Of a stretch of 64,000 nucleotides of DNA, positions 13,378 through 25,350 are shown one piece after another; within the stretch, counting starts at the first letter, position 1; each line of letters begins with the position of its first letter. The position numbers were made by a program, and so were the translations under genes. Source of the DNA: Eledone cirrhosa (taxonomy: Eukaryota). The notes under the pieces were generated by a model. That model worked only from the letters and a program-made list of their open reading frames with translations, made no database searches and was not told where the DNA came from. The DNA is taken from the NCBI GenBank assembly GCA_964016885.1, contig OZ024743.1, positions 85,684,001 to 85,748,000 on the forward strand, written 5' to 3'.

Positions 13378-14910
13378 GCAGGATTGGCAGTGTCGGTGGA
13401 GCGTCAGATAAAATGCTTTGCAGCATATAGCTTTGCCATACATCCTTATGATATCGATAAAATAAAACACCAGTAATGCACCGGGGTTGATTTAATCGAC
13501 TCTCTCACCCACCCTTTGCGCGGAAAAAAAATTGCTGACCTTGTGCCTAAATCAGAAACCATTATTACAAGTGCAGTAGATTTGGCATTATCAGTGGGGT
13601 GGCGGACAAAATATTTTATGGTTTTTAGCTGACTTTCTCTGTTCTGAATTCAAATCTCACTAAAGTTAGCTTTGCCTTCCATCCTTATGTTGTTGATAAA
13701 ATAAAGTACTAGTAACACACTGTGATCAATTTAATCGACTTATCCCCTCCCCAAAATTGTTGACCTTGTGTCTAAATCAGAAATCATTATTATTATAGGG
13801 TGGTGGATTGGCAGTATCAGTAGAGGGTTGGACGCCATGCTTTGACGCACAGAGTTACAGCTCTTGCCATTCTGAGTTCAAATCCCGCTGAGGTTAACTT
13901 TGCCTTTCATCCTTATGGGGTCGATAAAATAAAGTACTAGTAATGTACTGGGATAATTGCTGGCCTTGTGCCAAAAGTGGAAACAATTATTATTATAAAG
14001 AAGAAAATCAGGGAGGAGAAGGAAGTGCTGCCTGCTAGCCAGTTTGTTGAAAAGTGGGTGTGGTCCGAATGGATGGGCCTGCTCTGAGTATGTGCTTGTA
14101 GATTGGAGGGGGTACATGCCCCAGTGGTCAGGGTGACAGTGGCTTTTTCTGAAATTTTATTTTGTTTCTATTTTTATGTTTGTTGTTTTGTTATCACACT
14201 TTTTACATAAAACACATAGTGCTGTTTTTAATGTTTTCTTTATGTTAGCCCTATATGGCTAATAAAGAAATCATTATTAATAGGGCGGTGAGGGTGGAGG
14301 ATAGACTATATCGGTAGAACATCGGACAACATGCTTTACAGTATATTGTTCTGGCTCTTTACATTTTGAGTTCAGATATCACTGAAATCAACTTTGACTT
14401 TCATCCTTCCATGGTCAATAAAATAAAGTACCAGTCATGCACTAGGGTCAATATAATTGACTTCCCCTTCCTCCCAAATTGCTGGCCTTTTGCCTAAATT
14501 AGAAATCATTAATTGCCAGTATCGGTAGAGCGTCAAACATCATGCTTCGTAGCACAGTGACGGCCTTTTATGTTCTGAGTTCAAATCCCAGTGAGGTTAG
14601 CTTTGCTTTTCCTCACAGCGTTGATAAAATAAAGTATCTGTAAGCACTGGGGTCGATTTAATTTACTTTTCTTTTCCTTTCAAATTGCTGGCTTTGTGCT
14701 TAAATTAGAAATCATTATTATGGATTGGCAGTATCGGTAGAAGGTCAGACGCCATGCTTTGATGCATAGAGTTACGGCCCTTGCCATTCTGAGTTCAAAT
14801 CCCGCCGAAGTTAACTTTGCCTTTCATCCTTACGGAGTCGATAAAATAAAGTACCAGTAATGTACTGGGTTATTGCTGCCCCTGTGCCAAAAGTAGAAAC
14901 AATTATTATT
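13378..14910 (+). repeat. Cluster of about six same-orientation MetaSINE-like copies
   Basis: Units start near 13378, 13575, 13797, 14283, 14515 and 14721. Each has ggattggcagtatc...gataaaataaagtacc...tgtgcctaaat.agaaa.c(att)n. Confidence 0.8.
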
Positions 14911-14914
14911 GTTA

Positions 14915-15166
14915 TTATCTTAATCTTATTTTCATTGCACGCACAGCTCTATGTACCTTGGGTATGTGCAGATTTGCTTTTGGTATTGTTGTCTTTACTG
15001 TATTGAAATTACTCTGTAAAATATGTATTCCAGTACCTAATAGTGCAATTTTCTGTATGTTGTGTTTATTTATAAGTCCTGGTGTTAGGGGTATACCCCC
15101 CCCCCCCTCCACAATTCCAAAAGCTCCTATTATTATAGGGATTGTTTCTGATTTCATGATTATCAT
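14915..15166 (-). pseudogene. C-terminal remnant of a restriction-like-endonuclease non-LTR element (R4/NeSL-like)
   Basis: Peptide IPIIIGAFG...NIQKIALLGT.HIL resembles the conserved C-terminus of such elements. Confidence 0.5.
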
Positions 15167-16679
15167 TTAACGTCTTTTCTATGCTGACATGGGTCAGGTG
15201 GATTATTGCAGACCAAATCAGTATTTAATCAGGGTTACTATCCTCTCAGATGGGTTGAGGGCTACATCTTGTTTACTTATGTTCCAATTGTGGCCTGTTT
15301 TCTACTGCTGGATGCCCTTCCTATCATCAACCACATTACAGAGTGTACTGAGTGCATTTTATTGTGGCACTGACACTAGTGAGGTCGTAATCTTCTTGGC
15401 ACCACTGAAGACTCCTTTCAACCCTTTATTTAAGTTTTCTACAGCTGGATGCTTTCCTAATGCCAACCTCTTTACAGAGTGTACTGGGTGTATTTTTTGA
15501 AATATTAACACTATGAAGGTTGTCATGTACTTAACGTAACTGAAGAGTCCTTTCAACCTTTTGTTTGTTAAGTGGTTGGCATTGTCAGAGTGTACTGGGT
15601 GTATTTTTAATAGCACCAGCACTAGGGTGGTTGTCATGTACTTGACAAAACTGAACAGTCCTCTCAAATCTTCGACAACTGAATGTTCTTCCTAATTTCA
15701 ATCGAATACAACTTTATAGAGTATACTGGTTTACATTTTTGTGGCTACAGTACTGGAGGTTATCATGTTTGTGACATGACAAGATATAAACTTCAACAGT
15801 GGAAGAGAGGGAAGCTTTCCTAGATGGATGAATAATTGGCCACTGGAATCCTGAATCTATATATTATTATTTTTTCTTGTCAGAGACCAGAAGGGTCAGA
15901 GAAATCAGTCTTTCTTGTTACCTTTCATATTTTACATGGTTTCTATGACTGGATGCCCTTCCTAACACCACAACTAACCTCCAAGGTGTGCTGAGTGCAT
16001 TTTTCATGAGATGAGCACTAGCACTTTACATAGGTAAATGGGTGCATTTAATTGTGGCACCAGTGGTAAAAGTTATTCACATGCATGACATAAATGGGGG
16101 AGAATGTGTTCTGAATTTAAAGCTCCCAACAATGGATGTATTGAGCTGGAAGAGAGGGAAGATTACCTAGATTGATGGATACTTGGCCATTGGAATCCTA
16201 AATGTACGTTATTAGGAAATTATAGATTAATATTGTATTAATGTGTGTTGGTATATTACTTAACATTTGCTGTACATAACACAATAAATGGAATACCGCA
16301 TCAAATTTTAAATACTCTCGGGACTTGGGTAATTCCCTCCACCTCCACCCACCTATAAAAAAAAGAAGAAAATATTTTTTCCAGGTAGCTCTTATTCCAA
16401 GCCCCAATAAATATATAAATATAATACCTCCACTGTGCAAGCTTGAAGGACATGTCTGCGACTACCAACTACTTCAAGCCCTGTAACAACGGGGAAGGGA
16501 TGAAAGCGGCAGGTGTAAGATGATACTGGAATCCGTAGTCCCAATCCAGCATGCAGGCGATTCAGGGGTTTGGTCATCTGATGTTGACCTGGGGACAACA
16601 ACAGCATTCGGCACACTCTGAGTGACCTAGCAGCCTTCTCTATGGACAGCACTGCTTGCTCAACATGGAGAGGTATCTA

Positions 16680-17287
16680 GAAAAGGTGGCCTAAACAAAG
16701 CTTGTCTTCTACACCCCCAGTTGGTAAGGTACACATCCACCTGCAAGGGTGCAAAATTACTGAAAATGCATGCTGGAAGATCAGAATCATGCACCTCAAA
16801 GAACAAAGACTGGTTTCAAGAATTGCTGATAAAGAAGAGATCCACCCACCAGCAAAATAAAGGGCTATATGTGGTGGCTGCTGACTTGACTAAAGCATTT
16901 GATACAGGTAGCAGAAAAGGAATGTGGCAGATCATGATCATCCAGCTACATGGAGACTATTGTGGCCAAGACAGAGCCCTTCTTGATCATCAACAGAGTG
17001 AAGCATGGTTGCATCCTAGCTCCAACTATCTTCATCTTCTTCAGCATGATGCTCAAGCATACCACAGAAGATCTTGATGATGAGGATGGAGTCTATGTCA
17101 TATACGGTCTTGATGGCTGCCTGTTTAATCTTTGTTGACTACAGGTCCACACAAAGACCCTAGATAACTAATCCGCGACCTACTCTTTGCCGACAATGCT
17201 GCTCTTGTTACCCATACGGAAAGAGCCTTGCAGCACATCACTTCCTGCTTTGCAGAAGCTGCCCAGCTCTTTGGGCTGGAAGTCAGC
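16680..17287 (+). pseudogene. Decayed RTE/BovB-like RT fragment cut by the piggyBac insertion
   Basis: Motifs DLTKAFD, VKHGCILAPTIF, LLFAD.AAL. Stops at the TTAA at 17288. Confidence 0.7.
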
Positions 17288-18840
17288 TTAACGCTTTAGT
17301 GTTGAAAGCGCCCGAAATTATTTCCCCTTCATTTGTTCAAACCGCCTGAAAGCGCCCAAAATTATTTCCCCTTCATTTGTTCAAACCGCCTGAAAGCGCC
17401 CAAAATTATTTCCCCTTCATTTGTTCAAACTGCCTGGAAGCGCCCACACTAAAATATAATTCTAAAAATAAACAAACCATCATCAAAATCTCGTCAATTC
17501 CAGACTACTGCGGGATTAGGCCTTTACCACGAAAATTAACACTTAATATAGTGAAACAAGTTAAAGCAATACGTGTTTTTTTAACTTTGAAAGTGCAACA
17601 AATTTTTTTTGTATCAACATGGCTTCTGAAAGTAGCGATACCGACTTTGAAAGTTTTACACAAGACGACATTCAGAATGAACAAGAAACAAAAGATAATA
17701 TTAGTGATATATCATCAAATGAATCTGATGTTTATATTTCTGAAATTTCGTCCGACGAAGATTGTTATTTTGAAAGTGAAAGCGAAGCAGATCTCCAGGG
17801 CGCCATTGAAGATATTTCAGCAACATGGTCGAAAAATACCACACGAATACATGTTCCCAATTTTGTTGAAAATACTGGTCCACAGCATATATTACCTCCC
17901 GATGCTAAAGCACTGGATTATTTCTTTTTGTTTTTTCCACAAACTTCGAAGTTGTGGCTAAAGAGACGAATCGATATGCCCAACAGCAGATTTCATATCG
18001 AAGAAAACCTGATCAGTTATGGCGACCTACAGATGCTGCGGCGATGCAAGCGTTTTTTACCATAAACATTATGTTTGGTATAAAACAATTTCCAAGACTG
18101 TGGAATTACTGGAGCACTGATATAAGGTTTAGCGACCCTTATATATCGAGTATTATGCCAAAAACAAGGTATTTGAAATTAAACCAATATTTGCATCTGG
18201 TTGATACTTCAAATGCCCCTGGTAGAAATGATTTAAATTATGACCCTCTGTATAAAGTTCGACCATTAATTAAAATGCTCTCGGAAAAATTAAAAATATA
18301 TGGGTGGGGTTGACAAATCCGACCAACATTGCGCCTACTACCCAGTTGGACGCTCTGGGAAGAAATGGAGATATATCTTGTGGTTTTTAGTGAATTTAAC
18401 CATTGTGAATTCTTTTATTGTATTCACTAAAAGCCACAAGAATCCGCCACAACCAAAGGACTACTGCCACATGAAATTTTGTGTAGACGTTGCATCTCAG
18501 CTACGTGGAGGATATTCTTCTCGTAAACACAAAGCTGGGAGAAAGTCGAAATTATCTGAGGTAAACACGGAAAATATTGATTTTCACAAAGTGGAGAAAA
18601 TGAATGGGAGGAGGAAGGTTTGCTGAATGTGCTCTTTGCAAAAGAGAAAAACTGTTAATGGTTAGGGAATTCAAACCACGTTTATGTGTTCATTTTGCAA
18701 AGTGCCATTATGTAAAGGCTGTTTTGGCCAATATCATGATAGAAATATTGTCTGACAATATTGAAAAAAATATTTTAAAAATACATTGGAACACATTATA
18801 TACAAAAAAACACCTGCATTCATCTGTATCACACCTATTA
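17288..18840 (+). mobile_element. piggyBac-like element, frameshifted and internally deleted transposase
   Basis: Starts at TTAA. Acidic N-terminus, ETNRYAQQ, YDPLYKVRPLI, MGGVDKSDQ..YYP and Cys-rich C-terminus. The region holding the first two catalytic Asp residues is missing. Right end not located. Confidence 0.85.
17303..17445 (+). repeat. 44-bp subterminal tandem repeat (3+ copies) of the piggyBac
   Basis: tgaaagcgccc.aaattatttccccttcatttgttcaaaccgcc at 17303, 17347 and 17391, partial at 17435. Confidence 0.9.
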
Positions 18841-19017
18841 AGGTGAAGGTGATGGTGGTGGAGATGATAAAAGTTTAATTAGATTAACCTCATTTCTTCC
18901 AGTATTTAGAGAGGTGGGCTTCTAACGTCTTCTTTTGGCTCTCTCTATCAAACACACATTAAAACACTCTCTATTTATCATACATGCATGCTCTCTCTCC
19001 CTCTTTCTCCCCCCCCC

Positions 19018-19054
<37 letters not shown>

Positions 19055-19056
<2 letters not shown>

Positions 19057-19287
19057 AACAAGAAGTGTAAGTCAATAGATTAAAATTAACTTTATTTATT
19101 CATATTCACTGTTATATATATTTCGGTGATAACCATTATTCAACAGCTATGGCCATTTTAACCTGTTGACTTACACTTCTTATTCTTAAACTACTCCAGA
19201 GTAAACAGACCCACCTCCGCACTTTGTTGAGTGCTCTACCTTGCATACTGAAGTGTAGGTAACTAACCAACACATACTCAAATTTAT
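19055..19287 (+). mobile_element. PLE/retrozyme terminal fragment related to 54762-55299
   Basis: Inverted arms aagaagtgtaagtcaa / ttgacttacacttctt. Minus-strand half-HHR caccGAAAtatatata-acag. The tail 19180-19287 aligns with the reverse complement of 54762-54865. Confidence 0.65.
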
Positions 19288-19290
19288 ATA

Positions 19291-20173
19291 TCTATATATA
19301 TATAATTCTTTGTCTCTCTCTCTCTCTGTCTGTCTGTTCCTATGCATTCTCTAATGGCTGGACCAAATCAAATTATTAGATCCCGGGAGTGTCAACATGT
19401 AATTTTTATTTTCATTTGGATTAAAACAATATAAGATTTTATCTAAAATAATATTTTTATAGTCAACTATAGTAAACCACCACGACTCACATTTTGTATA
19501 TGTGTGTGTGTTTGTGCGTTTATGTATGTTAGGCCTCAGAGAATTAAACACACACACACATCTACACATGCATACACATAATGTGTGTGTGAGTGTATGT
19601 GAGAGTGTAGACGGCACATTTTGTATGTGTATGTCTGTCTTAGTATATGTATGTTAGAGTGTATTTGTGTGAGAGTGTATGTGTGTTGACTGACATACCA
19701 ATATTTTCTTTAGTCAACTATAGTAAACCACCACCACTACACATACAGATACATATGTAATGACAAACAGGTGTGCGTCAATATATGTCTGTGTGTGTCT
19801 GTCCTAGTATATGTGAGAGTGTATGTGTGATCATTTTTATTTTCATTTGGATTAAAACAATACGACGGCACATTTTGTATATAAATATGTATGTCTGTGT
19901 GTGTGTTTGTGCGTTCATTAGGTACGTTATTAAATACACACACACATCTACACATACATGAATTACAGAATGAATATTGTTTACCCTAAGGTGCTTCAAG
20001 ATTGACAAATTTTCATTTCTAAATTCTATTATCATTACAATTTTGATATTTTAAAAATAAAATATAGATATTTTGAAATAATTATGAGAAAAAAAAACAT
20101 ATCTTCATATTTATTGTTTACTAATCTGAATAAGAATAGCAGTAACCCGGGCAACGCCGGGTAATTCAGCTAG
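19291..20173 (+). mobile_element. Non-autonomous Helitron-like element
   Basis: 3' GC-rich hairpin acccgg-gcaacg-ccgggt (20145-20162) followed by CTAG|T (20170-20173). 5' TC start and (TCTG)n microsatellite near 19291-19335; the 5' boundary is approximate. Confidence 0.65.
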
Positions 20174-20223
20174 TATATATATATGATAAAGAACACAAGA
20201 GCGTCTACAACATCAAAAGATTT

Positions 20224-20279
20224 TTATTGGCTTACAATGTTTCTTCCTTACGTAACCATAGGATTCTTCAGAGCTATAA
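20224..20279 (-). ncRNA. Type I hammerhead ribozyme
   Basis: Minus strand: ttatagct CTGAAGA a-tcct...agga-a GAAAC att GTA^ agccaataa. Confidence 0.7.
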
Positions 20280-22062
20280 AAGGGGTTTGATTGGTGTTAT
20301 GGACTCTACCAACCAAACATTCAAGAACAAAGAGTAAAGAGAGTAAAGAGCAAAAGCAGGGGACGATAAGTCTAATTTTGGTGCGGGAGGGTGGGGTGTG
20401 GGTCCTTGTTTACTAGCTGTGGTCATATTCATTCCCGGTAGTCGAGTGGTTAGTGGAGTCATAGATGGGGTGGCGTCGATAGTAGGGTGCAGAGGGTGTG
20501 CAGAGGCTACACACACACAAAGGGCATACAATATATATATAACGGAGGAGAAAGTACATGAGGTAATTAGAAATGGAATAAGAGTAATAATAATAATCTG
20601 TAATTAATAATGTATAATAAGGCATGGGGTAGATTACACTATAATAAGGTATAAAAGTAAGAATAAGGTAAAATATAAAGGAGGATAAGAGTGAAAATAA
20701 GAATAAAGATAAAAAAATATATATATAAAAAATATATAGAGAATATATAAAAAAAATATAAGCAAGTATTAGAAGGGAAAAACAATGTAAAAAAACCGAT
20801 TTTGTCAAATAAAGATATTATAAATATGGGGGGAGAAAACAGGATAGAGAAATATAATCAAATGTGATTAGTTGAGAGAATATAAGATGATAATAGTTAT
20901 GTCAAGTTTAGACATCTTAATAATAAATAATCTGTATATCAGAGTTACACATCCTTCAATTCACTTGCAAGTTCAACCCACGTGGCATAGTCCATTGCTC
21001 ATCTGTGCGGTCGTGTGCGTTTGTGTTTGACACCACAACGGATGCACAAGTTCGTAAATTTCAATGCAGATAGAAATCTATTTTTGCTCACCCAAACATT
21101 GACGGAGGATCTAGTATTCCTAGTTCATTGCCGACCCAATATGTGTGTGGTGTTATTTTGGTCGCTCAAATCAATCACTTGGTTCAATATTATGGAGTAT
21201 GGTTTTCTGGTCTTCGTTACACTATCAGTGGTTGTATATCTCGAAATCACAAGGATCACAGTACTCTGGTTTGGTGTGATTATCGGTCATCCAACTATGT
21301 TGTCGGTGGTTGGATTCAATTCTATTGCCCAGAACGTAGAACTTTGGTGTTGATTGAACATTAACGAAGCAGAGTGAGATCGCATCTGTGGTACAAAACG
21401 GTCCGCAAGGAAATTCTTCGTCTTCGTTTCATCCGGGTCTAGCAGTCACGTGCAAGAACCGCTACGTAGTAATTGTGAAGGTAAGCGGTCAAGATAGTAA
21501 CTGACCGAAAATTTTCTTGGGAATTCAGACAGGCATGACAGGTACATTTAGGTCAGCAGTTTCTTCATGTGTATGTGTGTCCGATACACACAGACACATA
21601 TTTATATGTATTTCAACTCAAAAAATTCAATTGATTCGCTTATTGATATTATATCTCTGTTGCTCCGATTTGCATGTTGTGATGTTCTGGTCGTGTTTAC
21701 CATTCACTGTGTTTTGCCATTACCTTGGAATGTGATGTTTTGGTCATCAATAGTCCGGCAAGCGCATTCCTCTCTTATATTGTGGAGAATGGTGTTCTGG
21801 TCCTCAGTAAACATTTGGGTCAGCAGGAGGGGTGGTGGTTCTCAGTTTCAACTGCGACAATACATGTGTTACATATCGTGCTCCTCTCAAAGAAGAGTAT
21901 TATAGGAGGAATTCATGCCAAACACCACATATAGAGAAGACTTCTACAGAAAAAATATATATACATATACACACACATACACATATATACACATATACAT
22001 ACATATATATATATACATATCACATATACACACACAATATATATGTATATAATATATATATA

Positions 22063-22684
22063 TAAATGTTTCTTCTCTCTTCATAATGTATTTTTAACTC
22101 TGATACTGGTTCAGTCTGGTTCAACCGGATTGGTCTGTCCCAGTCATTCATTGAGCAACATCGGTGAAGTTGGCACCCTTAACTCACGGTTGGGTGCGGA
22201 TGCATTCATGTATATGTGTGTGTCCGCATGTATCTGTGTGTTTCTAAATATATTGTTAATAACTCCCTCTGGTCGAGCAATCTTTGAAGTGTGGGGACTG
22301 CTGGAAAGCTTCCATTACTCATACTTCTCGCCTCCTTCACCACCTCTTCTACGGCTTCGATATAAATACCCCCTCCGCCTCCGTGGTATTTTCTTCGGGG
22401 TTATAAGAGGCTTAGCTCTGTTTCTCGACCGTTATATCGCGTGACTATCTCCCCCTCCGCCTTTTGGGATTCTTTCTCACGTCGTGTAGACGCGTTCTTG
22501 GGACTAGTAAAATGAGGTATCCTCTTGATAAGTCGGCAGACCTCGCAGGGACTCTATATCTTTATGATGTATTGTTTTTGTTTATGCCACGAAACTACGT
22601 AGTCGAGGAATCTAGGAGCAGTTTAGGTATGATACATTTTATTACTAATTATATCTAAATGTTTCTTCTCTCTTCATAATGTAT
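22063..22684 (+). mobile_element. Non-coding ~620-bp retrozyme-like element with 29-bp terminal direct repeats
   Basis: taaatgtttcttctctcttcataatgtat at 22063-22091 and 22656-22684. Flanked by (TA)n and contains an HHR. Confidence 0.7.
22520..22609 (+). ncRNA. Type I hammerhead ribozyme, U3-A8 core variant with long stem II
   Basis: tcctc TTGATAA gt(c)ggca...tgccac GAAAC tacgta GTC^ gagga. Confidence 0.7.
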
Positions 22685-22951
22685 ATATATATATATATAT
22701 ATATACACACAATATATATGTATACAATATACATATATATGCATGTATGCATGCACACATATATACATACATACATACATGTGTATGTGTGTGTGAGAGA
22801 AAAAAGGAGAATACACAAACACAAACCTTGTAGGGGACTGTTCCACCCATAGGCTACCTATCTATCTGGGTTATAGGTTGGGGGGGGGGGGAAGTTATAG
22901 TCAAGGAGGGGTATGTCTAGGTGGGGGTTGCGTAATATATATTATTTACGT

Positions 22952-24990
22952 CTATGTGCTAGGTTTAAAATAGAAGAAGGAACTCAGGATTTTGTGTTGG
23001 CAAGAGGAGAACATTTCCAATTTCCTGTTAAGCAGGTTCAGTTTAGAGTGTATTATGGCATGGCACTCTAGTAAACACAGGTCACAACTCCCGCTCTGCG
23101 GTCGGTATGGCGTGGATCTAGTAAGCTTTCTCCAAAAAAGTTTGTATGGGGTATTATTATTTTTTAAAAAGGAGATGTATCCCGCCAGTGAGGTGGCATT
23201 CTTATGTCTATCGTGTCTAAATGTGCACATATGCGCGTTATATCTAGTTTTAAATGTATTGGACGTTGATCCTATATATGTTTTGGTAGAGTTGTGTGTG
23301 GTTACGTCACATGCATATACGATGTTTTTCATGAGGCAAGCCCCCCTTAGGGGACAGTTACTACTCTGCCTACAATTGCAACTGCGGGTTCGATCAGTTA
23401 GCGTACCTCCCGAACTTTGGTTACTAGCATTATCACTAGGTGCCTCTATATCATTAGATGGTTCAGTGATGCTATTATGTTGCCTATTTTCCAGTGTAGT
23501 CGGTTGCTGGTGGTTAACCGCCATTTTAATTGTTTCGAAACCTTCCCTAGTTTTCCTAATGTTCGTGCGTGCTAGGTGTGATGTGAGGTTAGGTGTGGTC
23601 AAATAGGATAATTTAATCACGTTTTTGTTAATTATGTTGCGATATCTATTGCCTGGTGGGAAGTTTTTTTCTAATAATGAGAAGAATACTCTGGGGAGGT
23701 TAGTGAGGACCTCAGAGTTAAAAGGTGGGTTAAAATACATGTTTTTCCTTCTTCTATTTTTCTTATCTGTGGGGTGAGTCTCATTATTGTGCGTACTATT
23801 TTGTAGGGTTCCATTATTAACGTTAGTGGCGTTGTCTGTTTTGCTTATGCCCGGATGGTTTATATTCATGGCATGATCATTTGCTGCTTTAGAGTTGTGG
23901 TGAGGGACTCTAGTATTTGTGGCCATACTATGTGTGATTATGTTGGTAGGTTTCACACTCATGGTTTAGGAGGCCTTATGTATATATGATAATCTATTCC
24001 CGTAACCAGATTCTGCTAGGGCCTTGTCATAATACTCTGCATTGGAGTTGAAGATACTCTCATTACAGGACAGTCTGCTAATTCTATTAGAGACTCCTTG
24101 GGAATAGCGTTTAGGACTGATTTGGGGTGGTTGGAGCTGGCGTTTCCATATGTTAGTCTATCATTAGGTTTATGGTAGGGTGCAAATGTTTTAGTTTCTA
24201 GGTCAAGGGTGGCGTCTAGGAAGTTTACTGTTTTGTCATTTGCATCTATGGTAATACTTAGATTAAAGCTTTTAAAGAACCCACGTAACTGTTTCCTAGT
24301 TCTTTCTATATTGCACTTTTTATACTCGAGAGTGAAGAGGGCGTCATCACGATATAAGCCGCCCTTCAGGTGCAGTAATTTCTCATGTAACTCCTTTAAG
24401 AGGTACAATCCTACCAGGTCCGTTACTTGTGCAGAGTCACTAGATCCCATTGTGATGTTGAAGTATTGGGCGTATTCTTGCGGGTCCACAATTCGTCCTC
24501 AAATGTGATTATCGTTTTCCGGGCCGCAAGAATGACATCAATTTGGGACCTAGTGAGGTCACTTTTCTGCATGGCCATGATTAGGGCCTTATTAAGGAGT
24601 ATGGGGGAGATTGAGGTGTAGTACGCATCGATGTCGAATTGTATAAATTTAAGGGATTTATGGTTGCTAAGGCTTGAGAACCATTTCAAAACCTCTTCCG
24701 TATTCTCCCATAGCTCTAGATTTATTTTCCTCCTGATGGTAGGTATAACGGCGTCTAAAATTTTCTTACTGATAATCCCTATATCTGACTTCGATGGGCT
24801 AATTAATCTAACAGAGGGTTTACTAATGAAGTCAGCCTTATGGTCTTTAAGGGTGAACCTGGGTTGCCTAGGGGTATATGGTTGGGTATACTTTTCCAGG
24901 CCTAGTTTATCCACTATGGTGCATGCTTCCTTATTAATTTCATCTAGGTTTGCGCTTGTTGTCTTTTTATAGTTTCTATTTAATTCATTG
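22952..24990 (-). mobile_element. Penelope-like element (Naiad-type), 5'-truncated and frameshifted RT + GIY-YIG
   Basis: FIQFDIDAYY, NITMGSSDSAQVTDLVG, GLYRDD, VNFLDATLDL, YFNPPF, CNCR..CPL.G.CL..NIVY..YIG, CDLC..E, LLNRK.E..C.H across three frames. Confidence 0.9.
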
Positions 24991-25350
24991 TATATATATA
25001 TGTATATTTCATCTTAATGTATTTGTTTATTTCCTGTCCTGTAAAACATCTTTTAACAATGGTTGCAGATATATTTGTGAGCAGAAAATATGTTGGGACC
25101 TTTCTGGTTGATTCCCAATATGGTTTCTTTTTGGTAAAATTACTGCTATGTTTTTCACACTTGATGTAATCATCCCTAAGTGATATATTTTTGAAATTTG
25201 TTTGTATGGTCCTAATTTGCTCTTAATAACATGTGTATCTATTAATTGAAATATTGATAGTATCTATGTTTGATTGAATTTTGATCTCAATTGTAAACTA
25301 ATAAACACTTCTTCAAGAATTTTGGTTGAATTTCTCTAATTGTAACTTTG

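Noticed and set aside
17303-17445. CRISPR-like repeat array
   Set aside because: Contiguous 44-bp repeats with no spacers, in a eukaryotic transposon end.
25069-25135. Possible missing NXT upstream exon (cag...gtaaaa)
   Set aside because: The only open frame (IFVSRKYVGTFLVDSQYGFFL) does not resemble the NXT N-terminus.
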